A stretch of DNA of 64,000 bases from Phoronis australis. Its lineage: Eukaryota > Animalia > Phoronida. The first letter of the stretch is position 1, and every line of letters starts with the position of its first letter. The position numbers were made by a program, and so were the translations under genes. The stretch lies in the NCBI GenBank assembly GCA_002633005.1, contig NMRA01000058.1:573508-637507 (forward strand). Direction: 5' to 3'. This document shows, one piece after another, positions 46,961-61,900 of this stretch. The notes below the pieces were generated by a model, which searched no databases, was not told the origin of the DNA, and saw nothing but the letters and a program-made list of their open reading frames with translations.

Positions 46961-48372
46961 GACAACGGTAAGTTATCCTAGTATCTTTCCCAGTATCAAC
47001 AAAAATATCCGAATGAAATTCTTGTCGTAATGCTCTGACATCTAGCGTTCTGTTCTCTGCCAACTTGGCAATACAATGCATAAATGCGTAAATACCACTG
47101 CATCAACTTTCATGTGCAGGGCTTCGACCGTCAATAGTTTGAACACGTATTGTGAGTGTCAGTTACCTGTCACACTTCAGGTGCTTATATTCGGATCAAA
47201 CTAACACAGTTTTGAGATGTTATCTCGCTTATCTATATCAAATCTTCATGCCTGTCCTGCACGAACATTGCAATGTTCACACCAAGTTATTTGTAAACGA
47301 GGCTGTAGCCGAATTGGTTCGGGGCGATCTATTGCCGATGTGGCTGTAACCAAGTAGAATTAGTTTACTGATAAAGTCCAAGGAACATAATTCCAGAATT
47401 ATCGACAGTCAGAAAGCCAGCTTAGTACGTTTTAAGTCAGTGATGGTTACAAACGTTGATACGTGCACTAAAGCTGGTAAACGTACGCTCCTAATTGTAT
47501 TTTGTTTTTAATTTTGAAGCAGTGGTTACTGCAGGTTCACTCTTGTGCATTGATCGCTCAACGATATAATTAACTATCATTTCGTTTTTGTTCAGACTCT
47601 GGTGTTGTGACTGTCGCTATCTTTAATGTAACAATTGCTTTGCTATTACGAAATAGACGGTAAATTGCATTCGTGGCTTGGGGGGTTCAACTTCCAAATT
47701 TTAATAACACTGCACAAAAAGGTTGTTCCAAGTGAGTCCATACCACTATACAACTGCCACGACTGGGTGATCTCTCACAGGCAATACTGTGAATGGAAGA
47801 CTGAAATGAGCTAACCTAAATAGAAATGTTGCCATTTTCTTGCAAAGCCGTCGATATCGTTTTACACCATAACCGTACACTGTTTGTCGGCTTTTGATAT
47901 TTCCCTCGTGCTTTTTGTCTGTTGTAAAACTGAGTCACAAAATAGGGTCAATACGCTCAATAGCAAACAAGATATTGGTTCTTACCAACTAACAGACCGT
48001 ATTTGATAAACTTAAAATCTGAAAGAAAACAATTAGTGTATGACTGGGTCGACAATTTCTTTTCAACTGAGAGAACTGAAACCTGCTGCTCGTTCAGTGA
48101 ACAGTACGTGAATACCCTAACATAGGTACATAAAGCAATAGTCGAGTCTCGCTCAGCAATTAATTTCACTGAGTGGTACATGTAGGGCACCTTTTTGTGA
48201 TAGAGAGGTTCAGGAGAACTGAAAACCACCTGCCCTCGCTAAACTATACCCCTAACGCAACCTTTACTAATGTTTCTTTTCACTTGCGCCGTTGAATGTT
48301 TGCGAATACAAAACTGCTTTGACGTACCAATTCTACATATCAAGAGACGAGTGTCAGAGCTCGCGCCCGCGT

Positions 48373-48467
48373 AACGAACACCAAGAGAGTATGTGCCAAC
48401 AAACAGACACCAAGAGAGTATGTGCCAACAAACGAACACCAAGAGAGTATGTGCCAACAAACAGACA
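48373..48467. repeat. Tandem repeat, 29-bp unit x ~3.2
   Basis: ACACCAAGAGAGTATGTGCCAACAAAC(AG/GA) at 48378, 48407 and 48436, head to tail. Confidence 0.95.
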
Positions 48468-49624
48468 AAATGAAAACAGCGCATAGTAAGCAACAACAAA
48501 CAATCCCATCGATTCTAATTCGGGTTCGTAACACCCCTCTTTAATAAATAATCTGTGCTTTAACTTATTTTATTTACATTTCCTACTGGGATGGATTCGT
48601 GTTTTCAATGAAAACGATCCTTCCATCAACCAAATGCAGGAAGACAATGACTTGAAAAAGTCAATACACACTGGTACATAAATACCGAGCTCCAAAATAC
48701 TTTTACCTAATATTGCATAACGCGAACTGTTGGTGAAGCCGCGCCATATAGTACACATTGTATGTGGAGATTATGAAATGTATTGAAAGTCGGTCTCAAA
48801 GGTAATAATGGTTCAGCATGATCAAGCTCAGCAAGATGTCAAAAGTTTCTATACCTGCCTTTGCTATTTTAGTTATCCGTTATGAAACATTCGCGTTATG
48901 GCTTAAAAGAAAATTGTTCACATCTTAAAGTTAGCCACAATAACATTTACAGCTACTCCGGCTATACTTTTCAAGTATTTCTAAAAGTGCAAATATACGC
49001 AAGTGCTGAGGAACCACCCCCATTGACAAAGTCTCATTGTATTAATAGGACCCTTAATACACAAAATGCTGACAATCTGACAAAATTCGTTCAGAAGAGT
49101 GTTTCAATCTACATAGGTGCGTTCGCAATCGTGAGCCTGCGACCGTCTAACGCTCGACCGGCTTCGTGTATTAAAAATGGGCGAACAGTAATCGTGACTT
49201 CACAGATCTAAGTTGATTAACTACTCAAATAGGAAATAATCATCTTATCGATTGGTTTTGATATCGGTGCCGTCAATGATTTAAAATGGTGCGGTTGGAA
49301 TTTCTTTTCAATCAACGTCCTCGTGTTCCGTTTCAGGTAGGTTCATGACGTTACCACGAGCTCTTTGTCAATGTTGACAAAAACGCTCATGCGGCTTCCT
49401 AATACAAACTTTAAACTGGACACAACCGCAGTGTATTGTTAGAAGTCCTTGTAGATAGGAATTAGCCCTGTACTTGTTGGGTTTAAGTTACACTCGTGCA
49501 CTAAAACGGGCGTCTCAACTATTATATGTTGTCTGATGTTACATATACATGTGCTCCAACGTAAATGCAGTTTGTAATCTATTACTTGGTGTCGACCAAG
49601 ACAGAGGCAAACAAATCCAGAATC

Positions 49625-52600
49625 CAGGCCCGTAGCCAGGGGGCGTTCGGGGGGTTCGATCAAACCCCCCCCCCTCCGAGGAAAAGGTCCAGCCCTAGCC
49701 TATCCGATAGGATAAGATGGGGTTTAGTAAATGGACAAAAAATTGTTTTAACTACAAGTTCTACTAACCACTATCATAACAAAGTTGACATTAATTTTGA
49801 ATTTACTTCTGATGTAAAGCGCTTTACATAATCATCGGTTCGTATCCGGCCCGAGTGGTGACTGCGTACTGACGATCAGAGGAGGCTTTGCGTTATTCAT
49901 CGGCATTGAAAGCGCGTGACTGGTCTCTACACCATAGGGTAACACAGGAGTCTAGAAGTAAGTGTCTATGCCTAACTCAAATTTCATAGCATCGAGAGAG
50001 ATCCCAAAAGTGGTGCGGTGTGAATGCCTTTAAAATCGACCGTCAAGAAACAAAACAGCAGAAAATGGGTTTGTTATTTGCTACTTTGGCGTACTTTCTA
50101 GCATAGTTTAGATTAATTGCAGGCATTTGTTTTCTTTTTGATTGTGGATTGGTGGATTGACGTGCATGCGTGTACACATGTGTGCGTTTCCGTTCTTTTA
50201 AATTCAGTACACACCGACGGTATGTTCACTGACTATTCTGTCGTTTCTCAAAAATCAGACATTTTGCTACCGCGTTTTCTTGCACTGAAAAATCCCCGCA
50301 TGTTCACATTATTTGGTAAGTCTAGACCTAATGAAAACCTTGGTCAATGAAGAAAGTCTTCTCTTGTCAATCAATGTCAATGGCGCACTGCTTCACAGAT
50401 TTCATATGAGCAACAATTTTGATGGAAAAGATTTCCAAGGTTGCTTGTAAATGACCGAGGGTTCACTACTCCGAAAGTTCGCTACCTTCGAAAGTTCACC
50501 ACTTCGAATGTCCACAATTCCAAAACCAGAACTCCGACATTTCATTACTCTGATTTTCTACTAATGATTCAGAACTGAAAATGAATAAGATATTGTACTG
50601 GTGTCCATTTAATAATCACTTAAAGAGTGTGTAAGACTTGAATAGTCCGGAAGAGTTTGATTTACATTGTTTACAAAAAAGCTCAGTTCCAATCACTGGC
50701 AATCTTGATTCTTGAATCTAACTAAAGACTCATTCTCAATTAGGGACAAAAAGGGGCACGGGTCCGGCGACCAACGGCGGTTTTAAATTTCATAAGATTG
50801 AATGAGACTTCGTGAAGACTGGCAGGGACAGGGTAACCTACTAACTACATTTAGTTTCGACCCGGCCGTGCGAGTAGTTCCGGTGGGTGAGGTTGAAGCG
50901 CAGCGGCCCTAAACTTTTCTGTCGCGCTGTGAGACGACGCGATCTTGAAATGAGATAGATGAATGTATCGTGGTCGATAATTCATCAACATTCCTACTTC
51001 ATATTATTTTTTAAATGCAAGTACGTACTCATTTTTCCGTATTCGTAAGACATACGGGCAACATGCACCTGGAAGTCCACTCGGCAAACAAAGTGATTTA
51101 TTAGCCGGGTGTATTGTTGTCGGTACAGTTGCATCTAATAACCGAAGTGTCGCTTATTTTTACATGTAAAAGTACAGCAATTACATCTGATTCAGAAATT
51201 TTAGACATTTTCGGAGAAGTGAACCTTCGGAGTGGTGAACCTTCGGTAGTGAACTTTCGGAATAGTGAACCGGCGGAATCAGTAGTGGTCTGTTCCCATT
51301 TCCAGCGATGTAAGCAACTTTTAACAAAAATACTATCAGATGAAAAATTACGTCAAGCCATTCTCTGACTAAATATTTCCATCTGAGTATGTGATGAGGT
51401 GTAATCACTCATTTAAAAAAGCCCGACTTGAAAGTTTGGCAGTAGGTAGGAGTAACGCCATGTAGAGAACCTCTCGCTTAAAATGGTCACCGCTCAGATT
51501 CCCTTAGCCCCAGACAACTTTTATGATGGCTATTCAGCTCGCCCTTTGTATTGACGTAGATCTGAGCTAATGAAGACGAAAGGTAATAGCTAGCACTACT
51601 CTCTCGAAAATGATGGTTGTTAGTAAACCCAAATTGGTTTTCTGTGGCATTTGCACAAAGTTACAGCCTGCTACTGTAGAGAGCAGTTTTAACTTGGTAC
51701 ATTTTAAATATTACAAAATGACTAAAAAAGTTAATTTGTGTTCATCTTGACCATGGGCAACTTCTCAAAGGAACGATGGTTTTAAATATGTTTCATACCG
51801 GTTTTTGTTATTTCATTTTAATACTCATGTTGTTGTTTTTTCTCACAGATTGATATTTTTTATTTTATCTTTAAACTTGAAGTACCAAAAACAGTAGTAG
51901 GTTTGATCGCCAGCGAAACTTAATTAGTTTAGCTAATTGTGAACCCATCCCTGAACTTTCCAGATTACAGGTACATTAAACATTTCACAGCGAACAAAAC
52001 CACACGTGTCAGTAGTTCAAGTTTAATCTTTATTAGAACTCAAATCAAAAAAGTACAAAAGTGCAAATGGTGATAGTCAAACTGAAGATTTAGAATCTCT
52101 GGGCGATTTCGGTTGCGCTAACTACATGACTATTCTAGCTTTTTGTCAGCCATAAAAATATGGAGTGGGCACAAGTTAAATACAACTGTTTCCTAGTCAA
52201 AAATCTTGTTACATGAGATTGAAAGAATATTAAAAGAATAATCCATGTGATATATTGTTAACTCTGATCAGCGTTTGTAAATCCTCCGATTGTATCGATG
52301 CGCTTGGTCGTTTATCTTCAATCATAACCAATGTTTGTAGTTTTTAGCTTTTAAGTTCATCGATTTTTGAAAATCCAAAACCTGACTTGATTGTTTTTTC
52401 CAGCTGAATTCCGACGTGGTATTCGTTTTTCACAAAAAATATTTATTAATGCATGTTGACAATTCTCCATTATGTACAGACAGTGATGCTTACCACAGTT
52501 CATGGTCGGGTAATTTCACTAAATTGGGTCTCGCTCGCGCAGGACATTGCGGTCAACTCACACAACCGTATCCGACACGGGCGCCGCACTCTCTTTAATC

Positions 52601-52937
52601 CTGGTGAAACCCGCTCAGAAGGAAGGACGGTGATTGTAAGCGTATTATTCACGGTATGGCGAGAACGTTAGTCTATATTTATGGATTACATTATGTCCGA
52701 ATTTGATTCCTGTTGTTTTCGAGCAACCGTCACGACATCCTCATTTCTGGTATTAAAAATTCCGTCTTGTCTCAGGAATATAGAGCTGAGAGCCATCGTT
52801 GTGGATACTGATTTCCCTTCCCCATAATTGACCTGCGTGAAGCGCCTTACCAAGAACACAAGTGTTGACGCTTGTAAATGTCCACCTTTCCAGAAATTCG
52901 AACCACCCCCGCCCGCCCAATGCTGGCTACGGGCCTG
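49625..52937. mobile_element. Non-autonomous hAT-type TIR element (3.3 kb), longer version of 24377-26221
   Basis: TIRs CAGGCCCGTAGCCAG / CTGGCTACGGGCCTG (15 bp perfect). Extensive colinear similarity to the 24.4-26.2 kb copy. No TSD is recognisable. Confidence 0.85.
50456..51275. mobile_element. Nested foldback-like element whose inverted ends are arrays of a ~16-bp unit
   Basis: Left GGTTCACTACTCCGAAAGTTC.. (several units) and right ..TTCGGAGTGGTGAACC..TTTCGGAATAGTGAACC are reverse complements. Confidence 0.65.
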
Positions 52938-55900
52938 TTAAATGTGGAGCCATCTTCTTATTTTTACTTTGGATGTTTGTATATAGATATTTTCAAAGTG
53001 TCCACGGATAGATCTGCCAGTAAGGGGTGGCGAATGGTCGGATTCTGATCCTCTTCTCCCTCACGACCAGACACGTGGTGTTCTCGTTGACAGTGCTCAT
53101 CTTTTCTCATGAATGTAATCATTTTCCTACAAGCTGTAATTCCCTCGTGTAAACTCCGGTTTCCCCTCCATGAAATCCTGTATCCGCCACAAGTCTCTGT
53201 TTACGGCCCCTGTAGTAATTGAGGCAATCGTCACAATTGCTTTATTAGCATATATCATTTCGTGAGGTCACGTGACACTAAGTGAAGGGATGATTGCCAT
53301 TCCTTAGTATTTAAGTTGAAGCAATCTTTGTGCCTGTGAGACAAGCTCAATTACTACTTATGCGATGTCGTTCACGTCAATTACATCACAGAGACCTGAT
53401 CTCTGCACAAGACAAGGGGTTGGAAGAAATATGGAATAAGTCCTTTTTCGAAAGCACACAAAAAGAATTCATCGGCGCTTTCGTGCCAAAAGTCGACTTA
53501 GTTACGTTTCCGTCAGCGGAGCTGTTCTAGGTGCATGTGGACCCTTTCGAAGACGCAAGACGCTTGCCTGTCTTAGAGAGCATTAAATTTATTCCTTATT
53601 ACAGGCTTACGGTGTTAAGAAGGTCATCGATGTGTCCAATCTACTTAGATTCTGACTAATTTACATTTTAACTTCATTTTACTTGTCACGGAACATAACA
53701 GCGCCCTAATATCAAACCCCGAAAGTTTGTGTTGTAGGTAAACTTGTAAGCAATCGTTGTTTTGTTTACATGCTTACGAAAACACCTCTATACAATTGTT
53801 GACCTTGTGCACGCGCAGCATCGTTTGAACCTCGGGTCAAAAGGTCACAATAAAAGTTAAAAATAATCATCAAAATTTCAATCGCTGCTAGTGCAACATT
53901 TTATGACGGATTTGTAGGGATTCTTTAGGAATCTGAAAATGGTAACGTGACAGTGACTTTGGTAGGAAATGGAGCGAAATTAGAAATTTATGCATAAAAT
54001 ATTCATTGCAAGAAATGGTTCTCATAGACAGCCTTCATAAGAATTTCATGTCTGAAGGTCAGTCGTAAATAGCTGGGCTTCAATGCGAAACACCAAATGA
54101 TAAGCCCGGCCGACGCTTTGTGCCACTAAATTGCTTATATATATTGTCTCTTATCGTCTTCCAGCTTTACAATAAGACCTACCACGATGCCATAAAAAAT
54201 GCACAGCACGCCTGAATACACACAGGGTTGTCGTTGCCCAGAGTTTATGATTATTTTTCAATGAGCGTCGGACTTGTCCAATCTGCACTATGTTTGAAAA
54301 CAGTTCGAGGGTCTGACCCATTAACTGCATGGAATGGTCGTATTTCAATGATGTTGTCAATAAAACAATATTTTGTGACCGTAAAGTTTTACGTGCACGT
54401 GTAAAGTGACATGGTGTTTTTATGGGAATTTCATGGCTTTATAGATTACGTGGCGATCAGGCAGTCACAGCAGGAAAGCGCGTTTTTCATCGAAATTATG
54501 CAGTGCAGTAGACCTACTTTCAAAGAACTTGCACGATAGAAAGTTTTATGATCTGTTCACCAGTTTGGATTATATTTCCATACTGCGGATCACGAGTTGA
54601 TTCCCAAGGAGGATGATATAAATTTGGCTAGGCACATTCTGAAAAGTCGACTAAGGCCATTTTGATTTTGTTTATCTTGTGGCGGCCTCCACGCAGTTAT
54701 CTGGATAATTAATTGAACGACTTCCGTACTGTTACTTCCGTACGTAAGTGACAGTAAGGAAGTTGTTCAATCAATTCGCATAGGCACATCGGATATCTCT
54801 TGAAGAGGCTCCTGGAATAGTAGTGACCGATGTGACGAAATAAAAAATTTAATGAATTTGTTAAAGCATTTAGAACAATACCCGTTTTGCCAATAAAAAG
54901 TAAACTTTCTGCTGATAGGCTACTAACTTGTTCCTACTCATGATCAGCGGTTACTATGACAACTCAACATGTTGAACTTGATCTCGTGCAACTACAGGGA
55001 ACGCCAAGTCTTTCCAAGTGCAGAAATCGCCAACAATTTGGAAAAGGAATAAGGCTAGCCAATTGTCATAGATGTAAGTGGTCCAAATAAATAGTTCGTG
55101 TCTTGGCGGAAGGTATGCTTGCGTAGCTAATTAAAATACTCGAACGTCGGAAGGGATCGCGTACTCCGTACTCCTAAAAAGCCTAATGGCACTTGTCTTG
55201 TCGTGTCTCATGTTAGCGCAATATCCGACGTACACACCAGCTTCAGGCGAGGCACAAAGTTTGAAATGAAATACGTTTTAGGTTCCCAGGAGTGGAGTAC
55301 TATTTAGGGGACCCAGTTACATTATGTTGTACGTATTAGGAACACGGGGATATTATTTGGCCAAACCAGGACTCAGAATCTATTCTCCGAACTCCCTTTC
55401 CACTCAAACCCTGACTTGAAACGTAATTACTTAAGTACTGCATGATTTAAGATCAAAATTGTAACTTAAGTCGAAGTATGCCATGCAATTGGACGTTTTT
55501 TCGATAGGCGGTCGTAGCTCATCTTTTACGAAAAATACAATTTGTTTTAAAAACGAAAAAAGAGTTGATATTAACCTCACTGTTGATCCGGTAAAAGCTG
55601 CTAAAATCTTCTTTCTGCCTGTCAAAAATAATTGCTAAAAATAGTAACTATAGCTACATTACCGTCTTAGAGATTACGGATTAGCAGCCTCTCTTCTACT
55701 AGAAACGCATGATGCTTAGTAAAATGTTCACAACATTCAACAATAACAAACTTATGATAGGTAAACTTGAGAAAATCAGTGTTGATTTTTCCTCTCACTC
55801 GGAGCTTATCAATCGCATCAGTCAAACTCGTGTTTTTCGAGCATATGCATACCAGGTGACCTTCATATTAATATCTACCTTTCAATTGTTGAATAAATTC

Positions 55901-58900
55901 TTTATTTCGAAATTGTCTTGCTAGAAAGATGGCATTATTGGTGGAAAGAAATAAACTCATTTCAGCAAGCCGTGCTTTGTAAACCTATGGAGTGATGGTC
56001 GACTGGTGAATGACGAACAATGCAATAGGTGTTGAATATTTCGCTCGGAACGAATTTAGCGGGTGAAGTCCTATTGATTTTTTTTCAGATCTTTGTTTAT
56101 CACACAAATATTGTCTATGAAGCTTTAATGTGTGAGGCCTAGATGACACCAGTTGTCATGCGTTTCCCATGGCCGCCGCCAGAGCTTTATGATGTCCCGG
56201 AATTAACGATTGTTGTTTGAGAACGGCTATTGGTGTGTTCTTTACCACCTAGCGACACGCTGAGAACCAGCGAGGACTGCTTGTAGAGTTTTTCGGTGAG
56301 CCTAGAATAACAATAATTGTGTGAGAACGACTATTGTCGGATCACCTCTCGGGAGATAGAGCTAGTTAGGGCCAGTAGTGCAATCTCCGCTTTCAAGGGC
56401 CCTGCTACAAAATCAGCTTTGTTTTAGGGGACTAGCGAGTCGTTTTAGGTGGATGTAACGAAGCAATTCCGTCCCCGACGGCGGACTGAGTTTGTCCGAG
56501 TTTAGTTCTAACATTTTACAATTAATTTTTGACTATCGCAAACAGCTAATAATATGCCCTTAGTTCAACTAAGGATCTGTGAATGCACAATTGACTGATC
56601 AATAGCTGATAAACCAACATCACTGTGCTGAAATGTATAAACAGAAGACGGAGCTAGATTATCTAACGTGGAGAACGTCGACATAAATTCGAGTTTAAGT
56701 TGGTGATACAATGGTTGCTCTCGATTGATTGTGCCGGTTCCACTGCGGGTCGCCCTGCTACTAAGACATCTGTTGGTTTATAAGCAGGAAGTCGTCTTCG
56801 AGAACCAATCAGATGTCTTACCCAGTTCCTCTAACAAGGCCAGCGAAGAAAATCAAGTGTATGTAAGACTTTCCCTGAGTAAAAAATCTTAGTACAATAA
56901 TACGGGAATAAATACTAGATTTATATCTCCTATACTTGAGTATGGGCACTGCACTATTGTCAGTACAAAAAGAAAAAGCACCTGTAGCATTCACTCTCCA
57001 ATGAAAAGCGGGAGCTTTCTAATGATATGCTAAGTTGTCTCTTCGTCCTGTCCACACACCTTATCGAACACTTCGTTCTCGAGTCATCAAAGCACACAAC
57101 TTGGACTCCAGTTCAAATATTTCAAAATTGTCGAGTACTGATAAGGAGCCATTGAGCCTTTGATATCAATATTTATCCCGATCTCAACCTTTTACACTCG
57201 CTGACATTAGGGCACGCTATGTACACATAGCTTGCCAATCTACAATTGGATTACCAGTGTTGCATGTCCTTGTGATACTAGTTATACAATTCAAGCCATG
57301 TTTATAAAAGATAGTAGTATTCACGATACGTGTAACTTTACAATATCAGTACAAGGTAGTGTCTTCGAACGGACCGTCGGAGGACTTGACTTACACACAT
57401 CGTGATTCACGTTTTGTTTGCATCTTTAAGCACAAACCGAATAATCAACATAACTTAAACGTACAGATATTCTTAGGCCCAAACCATTGAACATTCGTCA
57501 CCGTTTGAAAACATCCGAGACATGAGGTGGTTTCCCAATAAAAGCTGCATTTAAAATTAATAGATAATTGTTCAAATCTTCGCACTGCAGATTCGTATTT
57601 CACTACATAACTTCGCTCCTTGCCTGCGTTTAACTTTCCACGCGGCCTTTCCCTAGAAACTTGAATAAGCCGTGTGACTGAGTTAACCTCTTACTTGACT
57701 TTTGACTGATTCCTAGCAGGGGCTAAATTATTCTAATCTCTTCTGACTCGGGAGTCGTGGTAAAAATGCCGCAAGGTACACCACGAAACGTAGCAACGAA
57801 GACTGGCCGTCACAACAAGGGTGAAGAATGGTCACCTCAACAATATAATGGGGAACTCGACATTTCACTGAGTGCAGCAAATGAAACTAGAGACCTTCCG
57901 ATGGAAATGTCTGAATTCAGATAAGTGCTCCGTCACGAAAGCATTATGTATTTTATTTTTTCATCGTTCGGGTCAAAACTGAATAACAAAAAGTCTATCT
58001 CATCGAATAATAATCGCAAAAATGTGAGTTTCGTCCGTAAAAACGATATTGTCCATTTAAAGTGGCATGGAAGACGAAAGTCCATGGCAATATTTTTTTA
58101 TTACAAGTTCACCGTTTTTGAAAATGCACCTTCCTCTCACTGGGTACATACACGCGCATGCGCTTTCATCACTAATACTTCATATTTCATTCACCTGCGG
58201 GTCAACATGTTAAGATATCACGCTCCCAAATAAGGGAACTTGCATTACGTGACCATGCGAGCGCAGTGATCACCGTTTTGCAGATCTTTTTTGAATTCGA
58301 GACAGAGAGATAAGTACTTTTTATGGCATAAATATTTCAAATATCAAGAAAAGCATCTAATCTCAAAACTTAATTGAGCCCTGTTGAAATAGCCTTATTT
58401 TTACATTTTTGCTTTGGTTACGCTTAACAACCGTGAACGTACGAGGTTACACAAAAGTTGGTTGTCATTGATTGGCCGCCGATACGGTTGTACTCGCCGC
58501 TCGTTATCAATCAGATAAACGTCAATTTGTGCAAACAAAGTCGCGATCAAAGAATACTTATAATTGTTGTAAGGAGAGATACTATACTATAACATCTACC
58601 TAATTGCTTCGTAGCACTATTATTCCCAAGTAAAATAAGGGCAAAACTCAACAATGTACTTTTTGTACCATGGAAATATCTGCCTTTTTCGGTTCATACA
58701 TTTATCATGCGAAAGTGGCCTCCTTTGATTGTCTTTTTAAAATGATATTTGAATTCTCACAAATGAAAAGTATAATATACCCTCGTCACTGTAAAAGATT
58801 TCGTTGGCTTTGTCCTTAAACAACAATCATTCTATGAAAGTTAGTGTTCAGCTTCTTCATGAATGCGGGAATGTGGTCCCGTTAGGTGTCACCACTTCAC

Positions 58901-61900
58901 GCACACGCCCCAAAGTTTTGTACGGCCTTGACTTTTTTCACAAAAATAAAAGTTCACTGATTTCACCTAAACCAACACGACAATTAGTGTATTTCTTTTT
59001 TCTGTTGGTCATCCTTACATGAAAGTGACGGATCATAAATTTTAATTTTATAAGAACAGACGACACGCCCGACACACGACCCCAGGTGTGTCAGTGTCGT
59101 GTAAGATTACAGTCTGTGGTAACTACAGCTGTATGGGAAAGTTTGTCCAAACAAATGAACCAGGAATGTCGAAACTGGCCGTGGCCGTGACTACAGTATT
59201 TTCTGAAAAAACTGAAACTGGTTTTACAGTGCGTTGTACCATGGACTTCCAGTATGCATACCGTAAATCTTCTGATAGGGGTCTCAGTGGGTGTTTATTA
59301 AGATGATTTCAGACGTGTTCCAGATCCGGCACGACGGTTTAAAAGACACGGCATCTTTTAGTCATGGGGACCCGTCGTTTTTTAGTTTCATGGGAGCGAA
59401 TCTCCGACTTCTATGAGAAACCAGGCTTCTATTAGAAGCTTCACGGCAAGTACACGGTTGCGTTATAAAGATGAATGTTAGTGTTCCGTCTAGTTCACGT
59501 TTCTCATATTAAAGTTGGATATTGATTCAGTTAACATCACTCAAGGTGGTGGCCGTATTCAAAAGGTTATACTGTAATTCTGACTTGTGACTCCTGAATG
59601 AATGGTCAAACACTGTCACATTGTAATGCGGCCTTGTAATGAGAATCACCTGTGTACTTTTAAAATCTATTAATCATGTACATATCAAGAGTTTTCAAAA
59701 CTGATATTCAGGTCATTGATATTTATTCCAGTCGGTAGAAAAGTTAGAAATTTTCCTGACCTCATTGAATTCATTTTACGAATAAATATTCTCCCATTAA
59801 AAAGATAAATGGAGTTTTAGTGTTTTAAACAGTCATTGAAATATGTGCGCAAGTGACAAATAGATCATGAACTTGTTTACTGGCAAAAATGAACGCTAGA
59901 ATGACGAACTAACTGAAATTTGATTCCTTAAATCTTACTAGAACTCCAAGTTTATGGACACAGGGTTGTGTAAACAAATTTGTCTTGCGTCAAGTGCAAT
60001 GCTTCACTAACGTATGATGTCCGTGCGTCGCGCTGTGGGCTGAACGAGTTTGACTTCGGCACGTCAGCTGGTATCATCCGGCCATTCACAACCCACGCAG
60101 ATTTGGTTAAACTGTGAATTGCCTTTCAGGAGAGACTATTGTAACTCAATCTGTCAATATTCAGAGGATCATCCCTGAACTTTTTATCAAGGTAGTTATT
60201 TAGTGGTCGTTATATGGGACGCAACAATGGAGAATCGAGTGTTAAAGCGTACTCTGTCGTCTCCATGTGAATCGGGAAGAGAGGTTGCGGGAGAGAATGA
60301 TCTTGTGGAAAGGGGGTTTAGCCACAGGACAGACACACGTGCGAATCAGGGGACAAAGGGGCGCTTGATGGTAAGTTAGTCAATGCTTCCTGCCGGTAAA
60401 ACTGTTTTCTTTATAGATTGCAAGTGCTTAACATTAATACTTCCACCCTGAAGTGGAATGGGTCGTGCAATGGTGATCGGATTAAGATTTCTTATAAAAA
60501 CCGACACAATGGAAAATTGTAGGCTTTGAAATCGGAAATTCAAATACCAATCACCGATTTGCGCCTCACGTGTAAGCCGCATACCGTTCAATGATTTGTG
60601 CTTCTAGGTGAAATAAGGATACACCCAAAACAAACTACTACAGTAATAAATTATATCCCTTATAAAAGGTTTTTAAGCTGCTCTATGACATATCAAATGT
60701 TTGAAGAATCTAATCAGTGGTACATATTTTTCTAGATAGCCAAATGCCAGGCGTTAACTGTGATGTTACGTGGAAGCAAATTCGTTGAGATGGGAGTATA
60801 AGATAAGATCAGATAAAATGAGAAAATATAAGATACTAACTTTTTAATTTTAGGACATAGTACATAAATTTCTAGTTGCAAACACCAACTGGTGCAAGTC
60901 AGTAAATAGTAGTTATAATATTGTCATTTATTAACGAACTGGTGATACATTAGACATGTACATATACATACAGTATATATATAATACAGATCACATATAA
61001 GGCCAGAAATGAGTAGTTAGTTCTGATCTCTACCAGACTCAATTCGAGATCTGCTCTCACCAGGGCTTGGAATTTTCTTTTTTTTTCAGATGATTTCCTT
61101 TTCTTGGTTTCAATTTCCTCTTATTTGATTTCCAGTTTCCTCTGTTTTGTCTCTTTTTATCATTATTTTGACTTTATTCACGCAAAAACTTTTATTTCAG
61201 TTAAATTATGCAACACAAACATATTTCTTCCATTCAACCTATTTATTTGTTGAACGATACATGTACATCACCTGGAAAATTTTCTTCTTTTAGTCATTGG
61301 TCATTCCAATCCCTGTTGCCGACTACACACCCACTCGCATCAATTTCAGTCAAGTCAGGGTGGAAAAGCTATACAAAAACATGTAATTGAAGGTAAACAA
61401 GGTTTGGGACGCCACGAGTAAAAAATAATCCAGTATAATTTTGCTCGTATCAGGTGGATTAACTTTTTTGAAAACGTCAGCAACTAAAAAATATCGCACT
61501 ACCGACTTGCATAGTTAACGTGGTCACACATACGTCTTGGAAGCAAAGAACAAATTGCTCTCTAAAACACTGCATCGATACTTGCAACCAAAACAAACGA
61601 TTTCTGGGAATTCTGAGGATCAGATTACAGGTCGGTTAGATTGGCGGTATACGTTTTCTGCACTTTAAACGCTCCAGGCCCATACCTGAGAACGATAATA
61701 CCATGGTGAACTACGACCGTTTCGTCTAAAGAGATGACTATAGGTTCATTTGGCTCATAAAAAAAATCTTTGCTTGGTCGTAAACCGATCGTCCTGTTTG
61801 ATCTTTGTGATTGGTAATTTCTTTTACAAGTTCTAAATACTTTTCTTGAAGTTCTACACATTATATGTGGCACCATCCTCAGAATAACATACATGAACAG

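Noticed and set aside
48373-48467. CRISPR-like 29-bp repeats
   Set aside because: Head-to-tail units with no spacers, no cas genes, eukaryotic context.
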